Shown piece by piece: positions 9,651-18,897 of a stretch of DNA of 61,104 nt (the first letter of the stretch is position 1; each line of letters begins with the position of its first letter). Source of the stretch: Candidatus Omnitrophota bacterium (GTDB lineage Bacteria > Omnitrophota > Gorgyraeia > Gygaellales > Profunditerraquicolaceae). The notes beneath the pieces were generated by a model. It saw only the letters and a list, made by a program, of their open reading frames with translations. It did not search any database and was not told the origin of the DNA. The DNA is taken from the NCBI GenBank assembly GCA_043814315.1, contig JBDRKE010000016.1, positions 1 to 61,104 of the forward strand. Direction: 5' to 3'. The position numbers and the translations under genes were made by a program.

Positions 9651-10525
9651 TGAATTCTCCTTTTCCGTTTCCTAAAGAATTTAAACAGGCTTTGGGCATA
9701 CGGAGTATCGGTGCGGATATCGATCGTATCTACGTTAACAGAGCAAAACAGTATATTTCTTTCGCGGAACCGCCGGAGGGAATCCTGAGCGTATTTCATG
9801 CGCAAATTCTTATCCGAAGAATCCAGGCTGTAACTTTTTTGTGTTTCCGCATCATATAATTCCACGATGCCCATGTCAGGCAATTCCAGTTCGCGCGGGT
9901 CCGTAATGGTGATGGCAACGATATCGTGGCGCTTGTTGGCGACGCTTAGCTTTTTCTTAAAATTAGCGGCATAAAAGTCCGAGATGATGAAGGTAACGGT
10001 CTTACGATGAGTGACCTTATTCAAATAATCCAGGGCGCAGGCCACATCGGTGCCGCATCCTTTGGGCTTAAAATACAGCGCCTCGCGGATAACCCTTAAG
10101 ACATGCCGCATACCTTTACGCGCAGGCACGAATTTTTCCACCCTGTCGGTAAAAATAATCAGCCCCACCTTGTCGTTATTCCGTATGGCGGAGAAAGCCA
10201 AAAGTGAACAGATTTCGGCAGCCAGTTTCATTTTAAGCTGACGGACGGTGCCGAAAAGCGATGAGGCCGACATATCCAGAATCAGCATAACCGTCAGCTC
10301 TCTCTCCTCAACAAACTTCTTTATGTAAGGGTGGCCCATCCTGGCTGTGACATTCCAGTCAATAGAGCGTATCTCGTCTCCCGGCAGGTATTCCCTGACC
10401 TCGTCAAACTCCATGCCCTTACCTTTAAATACGCTGTGATACTGGCCGGAAAATACATCCGTCACCATGCGCGAGGTGGTGATCTGGATACGCCTGACAT
10501 TCTTTAAGATTTCTTTAGGGATCAT
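9647..10525 (-). CDS. DUF58 (MoxR-associated, VWA-like) protein
   Basis: Family-typical IRSIDWNVTAR and LDMSASS motifs. I place the start at MIPKEILK (ATG at 10525), because the 18 extra codons in the ORF track are read out of the CCAAAT repeat. Confidence 0.75.
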   Translation of the reverse strand: MIPKEILKNVRRIQITTSRMVTDVFSGQYHSVFKGKGMEFDEVREYLPGDEIRSIDWNVTARMGHPYIKKFVEERELTVMLILDMSASSLFGTVRQLKMKLAAEICSLLAFSAIRNNDKVGLIIFTDRVEKFVPARKGMRHVLRVIREALYFKPKGCGTDVACALDYLNKVTHRKTVTFIISDFYAANFKKKLSVANKRHDIVAITITDPRELELPDMGIVELYDAETQKSYSLDSSDKNLRMKYAQDSLRRFRERNILFCSVNVDTIDIRTDTPYAQSLFKFFRKRKRRIH

Positions 10526-10530
10526 TTGAA

Positions 10531-10643
10531 CAAATCCCAATTTCCAAATCCCAAATAAATCCCAAATCACAGATCCCAATGACCGAAACCTGCATGTTTG
10601 GAATTTGATAAATTGGAATTTGGTGCTTGGGGCTTAGGATTTC
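10531..10643. repeat. Long imperfect palindrome built from CCAAAT / ATTTGG words (family D)
   Basis: Left arm caaatcccaatttccaaatcccaaataaatcccaaatc; right arm gtttggaatttgataaattggaatttggtg. Fills the moxR-DUF58 intergenic gap. Confidence 0.7.
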
Positions 10644-10644
10644 A

Positions 10645-11637
10645 CTAGGGGACCTCTATTTCACTAAATATTTTAGCCACGATGTCATCCGAAGTCTTTT
10701 CCTCGGCCTCTGCCTCATAACTGACGATCACGCGGTGCCTGAGCACATCCGCACCTATAGTCTTTACATCCTGCGGGGTTACATAACCTCTTCCTTGAGT
10801 AAAGGCATAAGCCTTGGCTGCCAGCGTCAGATAAATGGTGGCGCGGGGGCTGGCTCCGTACTGAATCAGGCCTATCAACTCATCCAGATGATATCTTTTC
10901 GGGTCGCGGGTCGCAAAAACAATATCGAGGATATATTTCTCTATCTTCTCATCCATGTAGATTTCATCCACTACGCCTCTGGCCCTGATGATATTCTGGG
11001 GCTCAATCGCCCTGCCGACTTCTATTTTCTTGTCGGTAAAACTCATTTTCTTAAGGATACTATGCTCCTCTTCCATAGAGGGGTAGGTTATATTTATCTT
11101 AAGCATGAACCTGTCCACCTGGGCCTCGGGCAAAGGATATGTGCCTTCGTGCTCGATTGGGTTTTGCGTGGCCATAATTAAAAAAGGCTCATCCAGCTTA
11201 TAGGTATTTTCACCGATAGTGACCTGGCGCTCCTGCATGGCTTCAAGAAGCGCGCTCTGGACTTTGGCCGGAGCGCGGTTGATTTCATCCGCCAGGATGA
11301 TGTTGGAAAAGATCGGCCCTTTTTTAGTGCTGAAGGTGCCGTCTTTGGGATTATAAACCAGGGTTCCTATCAAATCCGCAGGCAAAAGGTCCGGCGTAAA
11401 CTGAATCCGCTGGAACCTGGTGTTGACAGCCTGGGATAATGTCTTAATGGTTAAGGTTTTGGCCAGACCGGGGACACCTTCTACCAAGATATGGCCGTTG
11501 GCGAGGATTCCGACGAGTAATCTGTTGATCAGGTAATCCTGGCCCACAATGACTTTTTTGATTTCCCCAACCAGATTATTGACAAATGCGCTTTCCCTGC
11601 TGACCTTTTCGTTTATCGCTGTTAGTCCTGTCATCAT
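10645..11637 (-). CDS. moxR: MoxR-family AAA+ ATPase
   Basis: Walker A GVPGLAKT, Walker B ILADEINR, family-typical length, AAGGAGG ribosome-binding site. Confidence 0.9.
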   Translation of the reverse strand: MMTGLTAINEKVSRESAFVNNLVGEIKKVIVGQDYLINRLLVGILANGHILVEGVPGLAKTLTIKTLSQAVNTRFQRIQFTPDLLPADLIGTLVYNPKDGTFSTKKGPIFSNIILADEINRAPAKVQSALLEAMQERQVTIGENTYKLDEPFLIMATQNPIEHEGTYPLPEAQVDRFMLKINITYPSMEEEHSILKKMSFTDKKIEVGRAIEPQNIIRARGVVDEIYMDEKIEKYILDIVFATRDPKRYHLDELIGLIQYGASPRATIYLTLAAKAYAFTQGRGYVTPQDVKTIGADVLRHRVIVSYEAEAEEKTSDDIVAKIFSEIEVP

Positions 11638-11724
11638 GCCTACCTCCTTGCAAAAAATCGTTATGTGTCCATCGGTTACGCAGCTCGTATCGTTAAACGT
11701 GTATCGGTAAAGATTATAATACCC

Positions 11725-11916
11725 ATCATATTATTTGTTTAATGTGTAAAGTGTAATGTGTAATGTTGGTGTAATGTTTTATTGTGTAATGGTAAACCAT
11801 AATGCTCAAGATTCATTTGCCAAGCATATGGCAAATGATATATTTAATCTTTCCATTCCACATAGCTGCATTCCACCCGCATGACACGTTACACATTAAA
11901 CATTACACAGAAAATC
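11725..11916. repeat. 192-bp structured repeat element, copy 1 (family A, MITE-like)
   Basis: Aligns over its full length with 37636-37827 in the same orientation. Arms are made of gtgtaatg / cattacac words. Central hairpin tttgcc-N8-ggcaaa. Confidence 0.85.
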
Positions 11917-12013
11917 AAATTACCGCACAATGCAACTGGCGATATTTATAGCACGCGGATGATGATAAGAGGATAAGAAGTAAATCCCCGTTACACCCCG
12001 CCCTAAAGGTCGG

Positions 12014-12044
12014 GTCTCGTTACAAAGCTACTTTGTAACGGGAC
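12014..12044. repeat. 14-bp-stem hairpin (gtctcgttacaaag cta ctttgtaacgggac) next to a family-C word
   Basis: Inverted repeat read directly from the sequence; one mismatch; flanked by aaaggtcgggtct. Confidence 0.6.
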
Positions 12045-12072
12045 GAGGCTTTCCTGTTGATATAAATTTAAC

Positions 12073-12368
12073 CTACCATTCATCCGCGCCTTCATCAAGA
12101 CCTTTGACCTTATCTTCGGGGCTGTTCTTGGCAGTCAGGATTATGATAGGAATGCTCGTGTTGGACTTACGGATTTTTTCAGAACGGCGATTCCGTCGAC
12201 TTTAGGAATCATCAGGTCAAGGATGATTAAATCATACTCGTTGACATCGCTTTTTTCCAGCGCCACTTCACCGTCAAAGGCCAGATTCACCGCATAGTTC
12301 TCTTCCAAGAGCCCACGGCGCAAAGCGTGCGCTAATTTTTTCTCATCCTCAACAATAAGTATCTGCAT
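12073..12368 (-). pseudogene. Decayed OmpR-family response-regulator receiver domain (frameshifted and truncated; no DNA-binding domain)
   Basis: MQILIVEDE...DLIILDLMIPKVDGIAVLKK, then a frame change in an A6 run (12174-12179). The other frame continues IRKSNTSIPIIILTAKNSPEDKVKGLDEGADEW-stop. The wHTH half is absent. Confidence 0.75.
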
Positions 12369-12491
12369 GTAACCTTATTTTAACACAGCAAGATGAGAAT
12401 TTCATGAGAAAATCTAACAGCTTACTTTTTTATAGACCTATAAATGATGAGGCCCTCTATGCCTACCTCGGCCATGATGCGATGATTCATG

Positions 12492-12830
12492 CTATTGCAT
12501 CATTCCCATTTCCTGCTTTTCTTCCTCGGGCTTTGCCTGCAACTCTTCTTCTACTTTCTTAATATATTTCTCGGGATCTTTTTTAAACTCTTCGAGGCAT
12601 CCGGCGCAGCAAAAATTGTAAACTTTTCCCTGATATTCGTAGGTTGCTTTGGTCTCTTCGTTAATCTCCTCCCCGCTTACCGGACAAATCTTATTACCCG
12701 CTTCCTGCACATCAGCTATTTTAACCGCCTCGCTCTTTGTATCGCATTCTTCTGTTTGAGCCAATACAAAGGAAGCTACCCCAAGAATCAACGCAGCTAC
12801 AACCAGACCCACACCTATTTTCTTTACCAT
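12492..12830 (-). CDS. Secreted YHS-domain metal-binding protein
   Basis: Signal peptide; CPVSGEEI...YNFCCAGCLEEFKKDPEKY. Overlaps the RND pump stop by 7 bp. Confidence 0.8.
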   Translation of the reverse strand: MVKKIGVGLVVAALILGVASFVLAQTEECDTKSEAVKIADVQEAGNKICPVSGEEINEETKATYEYQGKVYNFCCAGCLEEFKKDPEKYIKKVEEELQAKPEEEKQEMGMMQ

Positions 12831-15800
12831 TTCGACACCTCCTTTATCTGCCTTCGGTTAAATTGCCTTTCTTTTATCCAGCAATAGTAAACAGGAACCA
12901 GGACCAAGTTAGATAAGGTCGCGGTAACCAGGCCACCTACCGTCGGAGAGGCCATAGGCTTCATGATCTCAGAACCTGTTCCTGTGGAAAGCATCACGGG
13001 GATAAGGGCGATAATCGTCGTCATAGTGGTCATCATAATCGGCCTAATCCTTAAAACGCATCCTGCTATGACCGTTGAGCGGATATCCTTTATCGATTGC
13101 GCAACTTTCTCTCTAAAAAGCTGATCTAAAACAGAAACCAGCACTACGGCATTATCTGTTGCGACCCCAAACAAGGCAATGAAACCAACCCACACGGCGG
13201 TTGAGAACTTGAATCCCAGCACGAATAAGAGAATGATGCCGCCTATAAGAGAAATGGGCAAGCCCGTGGCAACAACGGCCAGGGAAGTGAAGGATTTAAA
13301 TGCCATATAGAGAAGCAGAAGGATGACGACTAAGCATATAGCTAAGGAGGGGATGAGCCTGCGCCGCGATTCTATTTCGGATTCAAACTGACCTGACCAA
13401 CTGATAAAATAACCGGGAGGCAATTTTATCCTGCCGCTTTTTATTTCTTCATCGACAGCCTTTTGCGCCGATTTCACAAAATCAACCAGTCCGATTAATT
13501 CCTGATTGACATTAACGAATACGCGCGCGTAGGGAAGGGTGTTCTCCGATTGAATCATAGAGGGCCCTGTAACCTTTTTAAGCCTGGCGACCTGGCTTAA
13601 GGGAACCTGCTCTCCCGTCATACTGGAAACGAATATCCTGTTCAAGGCTTCGGGATTATCCCTTAATTCCCGCATATACCTGACCCTTACCGGATAGCGC
13701 TCTCGTCCTTCGACGGTGGTCGTCAGATTAACACCCCCAATAGCCGTCGTGATGATCTCCTGGATATCGTCTATTCTAAGCCCGTAACGCGAGGCCTGAA
13801 TTCTATCTATTTCTATCTCAAAATAAGGCAGGCTTCCGAAGCGCTCGGCAAACGGTGATACCGCTCCTTTAATATGACTGACCACCTTCTCTATCTCAAT
13901 GGCTATTCCTTCGATGGTTTTTAAATCGGAGCCAAAAACCTTTATTCCGACGGGTGTCTGGATGCCTGTGGCCAACATATCAATCCTATTCCTTATGGGT
14001 TGGGTCATGATCGGACTGACTCCGGGAATCCTCGTCTTCTCCTGGATTTCTTCTATTAATTTCTCGCGCGTGAGCCCTTTTCGCCACAAGCCTGGCGGTT
14101 TCAGGTGGATTATCGTCTCAATCATTGTCACGGGTGCCGGGTCCGTCGCTGTTTCGGCCCGGCCAAGCTTACCTACGGCCCATTCGACTTCCTGAGAAAA
14201 TTCATTTTTTATGATGATATCCTGTTTTTTTAATACCTCCTGCACCTGGGTAAAAGAAGCGCCGGGCAATAAAACCGGCATAAACAGCAGGTCTCCTTCA
14301 TTTAGAGGGGGCATAAACTCCTGCTTCATGAACGAAGCAAAGAGGCCCCCAAGAATGAGCAGGATACAAGAGATGAATACGATTATTTTCTTGTGTATCA
14401 AAGCCCAGTTGATGACAGGCCTATAAATCTTTAACAGCGCTCGGGAAGTGGCGTTATTGTCTGCCAATCGTAATCTACCTCTTAATAAGTAGTAAGACAA
14501 GGTGGGCAATAAAGTCAGGGCGATAATAGCCGCTGCCACCATAGCAAAGGTCTTGGTAAAGGCAAGGGGCCTGAAAAGCTTTCCTGCCTGGCCGGTTAAG
14601 ACAAAAACCGGAATAAACCCGACAATCGTCGTGAGCAAGGAAAAAAGGACGGGCTTGCCCACTTCCTGGGCTGCCGCCACGCAGACTTCAAGCCTTTCCT
14701 CGGCAGGGAGTGTGAATAGGTTCCGCTGGGCCCTGCGTTCGGCGATCTTACGATAAATATTCTCAACCAAGATGCATCCGGAATCAACCATCACTCCGAT
14801 AGCAATGGCAAGGCCCCCCAAAGACATGATATTGGCATCCACGCCGAAGAGGCGCATGAATATAAAAGCGATGAGGATGCCTATGGGAAGAACAATGGAA
14901 ATAATCAAGCTGCCCCAGAAATGAAGCAGAAACACCCCAATGACAAAAACCGTAATCAGGACTTCCTGTACAAGGGCATCTTTTAGAGTTTTGATAGCCC
15001 GGCTCACCAGGCCCGTGCGGTTGTAAAAAGGCACAATCCGCACGCCCGCAGGCAGGCCGACGGAAAGTTCGCTTATTTTCTTCTCTATGGCCTTAATCAC
15101 CGTTAAGGGATTTTCTCCGAAACGCATTAAAACGACGCCTCCTGTGACTTCTGTTCCCTCTTTATCTAGTGCGCCTCGGCGAAAATCCGGCCCCAGAGTC
15201 ACCGTGCCTATATTCTTTACGTAAAGGGGTGTACCGTTATGCGCGGAGATGACACTATCCTCTATATCTTTTATCTTCTTGATAAAGCCGACGCCCCTAA
15301 TAATAAATTCCACGCCCCCTTGCTCAAAGACCTTTGCCCCCACGTCAATATTCGAACGCCTGAGCGCCGTAATGACATCCATCAATCTTATTTCATAGGC
15401 CAGCAGCTTGTTCGGGTCTACGTCTATCTGGTATTGTTTGACGTAACCGCCGACAGAGCCGACTTCTGAAATACCTGGAACCGAATTTAGCTGATAGCGC
15501 ACATACCAATCCTGGATGGAACGCAATTCGCTTAAATCATAAGACGAAGCCACTAAAGAGCTACCATCAATAGGGCATTTTCCGGGCTCCTCGTAAGCCC
15601 GGGCAGGATGCTGGAGGCAATAATAACCGTTCTCAACCGTATACCAGTAAATCTGGCCCAGGGCCGTAGCATCCGGGCCCAGTGAAACCATGGCACCCAC
15701 CGGCAAATCTGAGGTTGCAAAATTGAGCCTTTCCAATACGCGGGTTCTCGCCCAGTAATAATCAACTCCTTCCTTAAAAATAAGGTTGATCATACCGATA

Positions 15801-16066
15801 CCAAAACCTGAACTTGAACGAATAACTTTTACGCCGGGCGTGCCTAAAAGCCGGGTGGTCAGCGGATAAACCACCTGGTCTTCGATATCCTTAGGGCTTA
15901 TTCCCGGCCAATCTGCGAACACAATAACCTGCAGCTCTGCGATATCGGGGATAGCATCAATAGGTGTATTTCTTATCGAGAATATGCCCCAGAAGATAAT
16001 GAGCACAAACACGCAGATGACGAGGAATCGGTTTCTTAAACAACTCTCAATTATCTTATCTAACAT
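12824..16066 (-). CDS. cusA: CusA/CzcA-family heavy-metal efflux RND pump
   Basis: 1080 aa with a 12-TM RND architecture and heavy-metal-efflux-type sequence throughout. The copper context (csoR, YHS protein) supports a Cus-like role. Confidence 0.85.
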   Translation of the reverse strand: MLDKIIESCLRNRFLVICVFVLIIFWGIFSIRNTPIDAIPDIAELQVIVFADWPGISPKDIEDQVVYPLTTRLLGTPGVKVIRSSSGFGIGMINLIFKEGVDYYWARTRVLERLNFATSDLPVGAMVSLGPDATALGQIYWYTVENGYYCLQHPARAYEEPGKCPIDGSSLVASSYDLSELRSIQDWYVRYQLNSVPGISEVGSVGGYVKQYQIDVDPNKLLAYEIRLMDVITALRRSNIDVGAKVFEQGGVEFIIRGVGFIKKIKDIEDSVISAHNGTPLYVKNIGTVTLGPDFRRGALDKEGTEVTGGVVLMRFGENPLTVIKAIEKKISELSVGLPAGVRIVPFYNRTGLVSRAIKTLKDALVQEVLITVFVIGVFLLHFWGSLIISIVLPIGILIAFIFMRLFGVDANIMSLGGLAIAIGVMVDSGCILVENIYRKIAERRAQRNLFTLPAEERLEVCVAAAQEVGKPVLFSLLTTIVGFIPVFVLTGQAGKLFRPLAFTKTFAMVAAAIIALTLLPTLSYYLLRGRLRLADNNATSRALLKIYRPVINWALIHKKIIVFISCILLILGGLFASFMKQEFMPPLNEGDLLFMPVLLPGASFTQVQEVLKKQDIIIKNEFSQEVEWAVGKLGRAETATDPAPVTMIETIIHLKPPGLWRKGLTREKLIEEIQEKTRIPGVSPIMTQPIRNRIDMLATGIQTPVGIKVFGSDLKTIEGIAIEIEKVVSHIKGAVSPFAERFGSLPYFEIEIDRIQASRYGLRIDDIQEIITTAIGGVNLTTTVEGRERYPVRVRYMRELRDNPEALNRIFVSSMTGEQVPLSQVARLKKVTGPSMIQSENTLPYARVFVNVNQELIGLVDFVKSAQKAVDEEIKSGRIKLPPGYFISWSGQFESEIESRRRLIPSLAICLVVILLLLYMAFKSFTSLAVVATGLPISLIGGIILLFVLGFKFSTAVWVGFIALFGVATDNAVVLVSVLDQLFREKVAQSIKDIRSTVIAGCVLRIRPIMMTTMTTIIALIPVMLSTGTGSEIMKPMASPTVGGLVTATLSNLVLVPVYYCWIKERQFNRRQIKEVSKW

Positions 16067-16076
16067 TTTTTGCTCT

Positions 16077-17225
16077 CTAATGCTGGTGCGCTGCGGCCGG
16101 CACTATCTCTTCTTGGGCGCCCAAGGCACCACTGTAGGCACTGGCAGCCACGCCGCTCAACTGACTTTGCGAATCAATCAGAAAGTTCGCTTTTATAACA
16201 ACCTTATCGCCTTCTTTTAACCCGGCCTCAATCGGATAGAAATCTCGTTTTTGGCCATCAACATAAGCCGTTGCTCTAGGGCCGCTTTTTACCTCTTTTC
16301 CCAGATACGACCCCTTTCCTAAATCCAGATAAACCAACTTACGCATGCCTGTATCCAGAACAGCATCCACCGGTATGGCCAAAGCAGACCTGTGTTCTCC
16401 CTTTTTATCCACAAGATACGCTTCAATAAAAATATCCGTATACATCTGCGGTTTTAATTTCAACTCAGGATTGCCTATTCTTACTCTGATACGTGCGGAG
16501 CGCGTCATAGGATTTAAAACTGGGTCTATGGCGGAAACCTCGCCGCTGAATTCTTCGCCGGGAAAGCTTATGGCTTCTACTTTCACGGATTGGCCTACCT
16601 TCACCCAGCTTAATTCAAATTCATATATATCGGCGTAAACCCAGACATAAGGATTTTCTTTATCGGAAATAATGAGGCTGCGGTCGGGTTCCTTCTGAAG
16701 CGAAACCTCCTCAATCTGCTCCTGCTCTAAACCCATGAGCCTCAATTTAAGTTTTGCAGCCTCAACCAGGGCATCCGCGCGTTCTTTTATTTCAGGGATT
16801 TCGCTCTTTTCTAAACTCTTCCTCATCCCAAAAGCCTGAAGCAGTTCCTCTTCGGCTTTATATAATTCCGGGTCATAAGCGACTCTGCCTACGGTGCGGA
16901 TTTCTTTAAATAAATGCCTCACGGCAACCGGCTCGGAGACAACACCTGCCAAAGATATATCCCTTTCGTTTAACTTAACGATATTTGCGGCCTCGCTTTC
17001 TGCGCCGGCTGCAGGAGCATCTTCTTCCTCATATACGGGGATGTAATCCATTCCCATAGGGTCCTTTGCCGGAACCTCGGATGTAACAGAAGGGTTCATG
17101 GGATTGCGGTAATAAAGGATTTTGTGCTTCTTCTTGCCTTCCTGAGCCAAGGCCAAAACAGAGAAATGCAAAACCACCATCAGGCCTAAGATTAAAATCG
17201 CGAATCTTCGTATGTTATTTTTCAT
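16077..17225 (-). CDS. cusB: RND periplasmic adaptor (CusB-like) with N-terminal Met-rich metal-binding segment
   Basis: YYRNPMNPSV...DPMGMDYIPVY segment followed by HlyD-type barrel-sandwich and beta-barrel regions. Confidence 0.8.
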   Translation of the reverse strand: MKNNIRRFAILILGLMVVLHFSVLALAQEGKKKHKILYYRNPMNPSVTSEVPAKDPMGMDYIPVYEEEDAPAAGAESEAANIVKLNERDISLAGVVSEPVAVRHLFKEIRTVGRVAYDPELYKAEEELLQAFGMRKSLEKSEIPEIKERADALVEAAKLKLRLMGLEQEQIEEVSLQKEPDRSLIISDKENPYVWVYADIYEFELSWVKVGQSVKVEAISFPGEEFSGEVSAIDPVLNPMTRSARIRVRIGNPELKLKPQMYTDIFIEAYLVDKKGEHRSALAIPVDAVLDTGMRKLVYLDLGKGSYLGKEVKSGPRATAYVDGQKRDFYPIEAGLKEGDKVVIKANFLIDSQSQLSGVAASAYSGALGAQEEIVPAAAHQH

Positions 17226-18490
17226 TGTTTCACCTCGCTTAACTCCACGCCCACCTGACTTTCCAAATCCGCCAGATTCATGTGATATACCACCAAAGCC
17301 TTATAATAATCCATCCTCGCATCAATGAGCATCCTTTCGCTGTCCAGTAACATCATAACATCGCCTTGGCCTGCGCGATAAGAAGAAAGCAAAGACTCAA
17401 TAGAGCTCTTCAAAAGGGGTATCTGATTATTCTTATACAGATTTATTTTGTTCACGGAGATAGCCGTTCTTGTCATGAGATCTTTGGTTTCAGCCAGCGC
17501 CTTATTCTTCATGGCCTGATAAGCGGCTTGTGCCTGTTCCAGGTTAGCTATGGCTTCTTTGACTTCGTAGCGCTGTTTAGACCAAAACCACAACGGAGCC
17601 GTAAAAGACAACATCAAATCCCAGGGGCCTATGGCGCCCGCCGTGATCCCCCGCATGGCTATGCCGGCCATTAAATCCGGAAAGAAACTTTTTTTTGCCA
17701 GGGATTTTGCATATTTATTTCTTTCTATCGCATAAGAAAAGATGAGCAAGCCCGGTTGATTTTCCAGAGTCATCTTGTACAGTGAGGCTATGTCCATGGC
17801 CAATAATGCGGCGCCTTCTTCTAAAAAAGGCCTTCCTAAAGTGTTTTCGGGCGGCCTGTTTAATAAACTGTTGAGCCGCGTTTCTTTGGCGCCCTTTTCC
17901 TGCCTTAGATTGACGATATCATTGCTAAGCTTGGCGATTTCAAGGTCTATTTTAATGATATCTTCCTGAGCGATCTCACCCACAATATATTTGGCTTCGG
18001 CTATCTTTGCGGCGTTCTCTAGATACCTGAGGCCTTCCTCCTTCAGTTCTATTTCTTTATAATTCATAAATAAAACATAATAGGCGTTCTTTACCTCGTT
18101 GGTAATTTCCAACTCCTTGTCCTTGTATTCAGCGGCAAACATCTGCGATTCTACAAGCGCGATTTTTCCTTTTAAGGGCAACTTCCCGAACCAGGGGAGC
18201 ATTTGGGACAGAGAAAGCATCCTTTCCATGGCCGGCGATGAATCCAAATTCAAAGGATTACCTTTGGCCCTCTGAAAATTCAGCCCGATCACAGGGTCCT
18301 CCAAAGACCTCGCCTGGGGGATGCGCGCCTTGGCCGCTTCATAGCGTTTTCTTGCCGCCAGGATCTCGGGATTATTCTTCTTGGCTTCCTCAATAAGCGG
18401 ATTCAAAAAGAGAGGCTCTTGAGAATACAATAAGTGGCTATTAAGAAATATTGAAAAAAGGCCTAAAAATATTACGACTATTTTTTTCAT
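17222..18490 (-). CDS. cusC: TolC-family outer-membrane efflux protein (CusC-like)
   Basis: Signal peptide and duplicated OEP repeat structure. Overlaps the adaptor gene by 4 bp. Confidence 0.8.
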   Translation of the reverse strand: MKKIVVIFLGLFSIFLNSHLLYSQEPLFLNPLIEEAKKNNPEILAARKRYEAAKARIPQARSLEDPVIGLNFQRAKGNPLNLDSSPAMERMLSLSQMLPWFGKLPLKGKIALVESQMFAAEYKDKELEITNEVKNAYYVLFMNYKEIELKEEGLRYLENAAKIAEAKYIVGEIAQEDIIKIDLEIAKLSNDIVNLRQEKGAKETRLNSLLNRPPENTLGRPFLEEGAALLAMDIASLYKMTLENQPGLLIFSYAIERNKYAKSLAKKSFFPDLMAGIAMRGITAGAIGPWDLMLSFTAPLWFWSKQRYEVKEAIANLEQAQAAYQAMKNKALAETKDLMTRTAISVNKINLYKNNQIPLLKSSIESLLSSYRAGQGDVMMLLDSERMLIDARMDYYKALVVYHMNLADLESQVGVELSEVKQ

Positions 18491-18506
18491 CGCCTCTCTG
18501 GCTCTT

Positions 18507-18791
18507 TTAACTCAAATTATGCAGATTCTTTATGACTCTCATGATCTCGTTAATCTTTTCTATTTTCTTGTTTTTTGACTTGTTTAAGAAAGCATCCATA
18601 GCGCAATGCTCGATATGCTTAACAAAAATCTTTTCTCCTACCCGGTATAAGGCATGGATGGCGGCATGAATCTGAATAATAATGTCTATGCAATACGCTT
18701 CATCTTCAACCATCCCCTGGATGCCTTTGACCTGGCCCTCTATCCTCTTTAACGCAACGAGGCTCTCCCTATGTGTCGTTTTCCGCTTCAC
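18507..18791 (-). CDS. csoR: CsoR/RcnR/FrmR-family metal-sensing repressor
   Basis: LKRIEGQVKGIQGMVEDEAYCIDIIIQIHA...HC: family fold with Cys/His/Cys ligand positions. Confidence 0.85.
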   Translation of the reverse strand: MKRKTTHRESLVALKRIEGQVKGIQGMVEDEAYCIDIIIQIHAAIHALYRVGEKIFVKHIEHCAMDAFLNKSKNKKIEKINEIMRVIKNLHNLS

Positions 18792-18858
18792 TTTTCACCT
18801 CTTACTTTAAAAAAAGTACTTAGTCAACAAAGTAAGTCCATCCTCTTCTCCTGATTAT

Positions 18859-18888
18859 AGTCTAACATACCCCCTGGGGGTATGTCAA
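18859..18888 (-). promoter_or_regulatory. Candidate csoR-cus promoter with a CsoR-type operator filling the spacer
   Basis: Minus strand reads TTGACA (18888-18883), 18 nt, TAGACT (18864-18859). The spacer is the perfect 9-1-9 palindrome CATACCCCC-T-GGGGGTATG (18866-18884). Confidence 0.6.
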
Positions 18889-18897
18889 GTTTTTTTT

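Noticed and set aside
9647-10579. Longer N-termini given by the ORF track for several genes (10579, 19811, 25889, 40807, 42566 and 54384 starts)
   Set aside because: The extensions are translated from intergenic repeats or leaders. They lack an RBS, whereas internal ATGs have good SD sequences and start with proper signal peptides or family N-termini.
10627-11181. 184-aa plus-strand ORF
   Set aside because: It lies entirely antisense to the MoxR ATPase gene, whose Walker motifs confirm the minus frame.
11725-11916. Possibility that the repeat families represent a CRISPR array
   Set aside because: The copies are kilobases apart. There are no regularly spaced short direct repeats with unique spacers and no cas genes.
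12489-12887. 132-aa plus-strand ORF over the YHS gene
   Set aside because: The minus frame carries the YHS Cys motif and a signal peptide. The plus frame is hydrophobic low-complexity.
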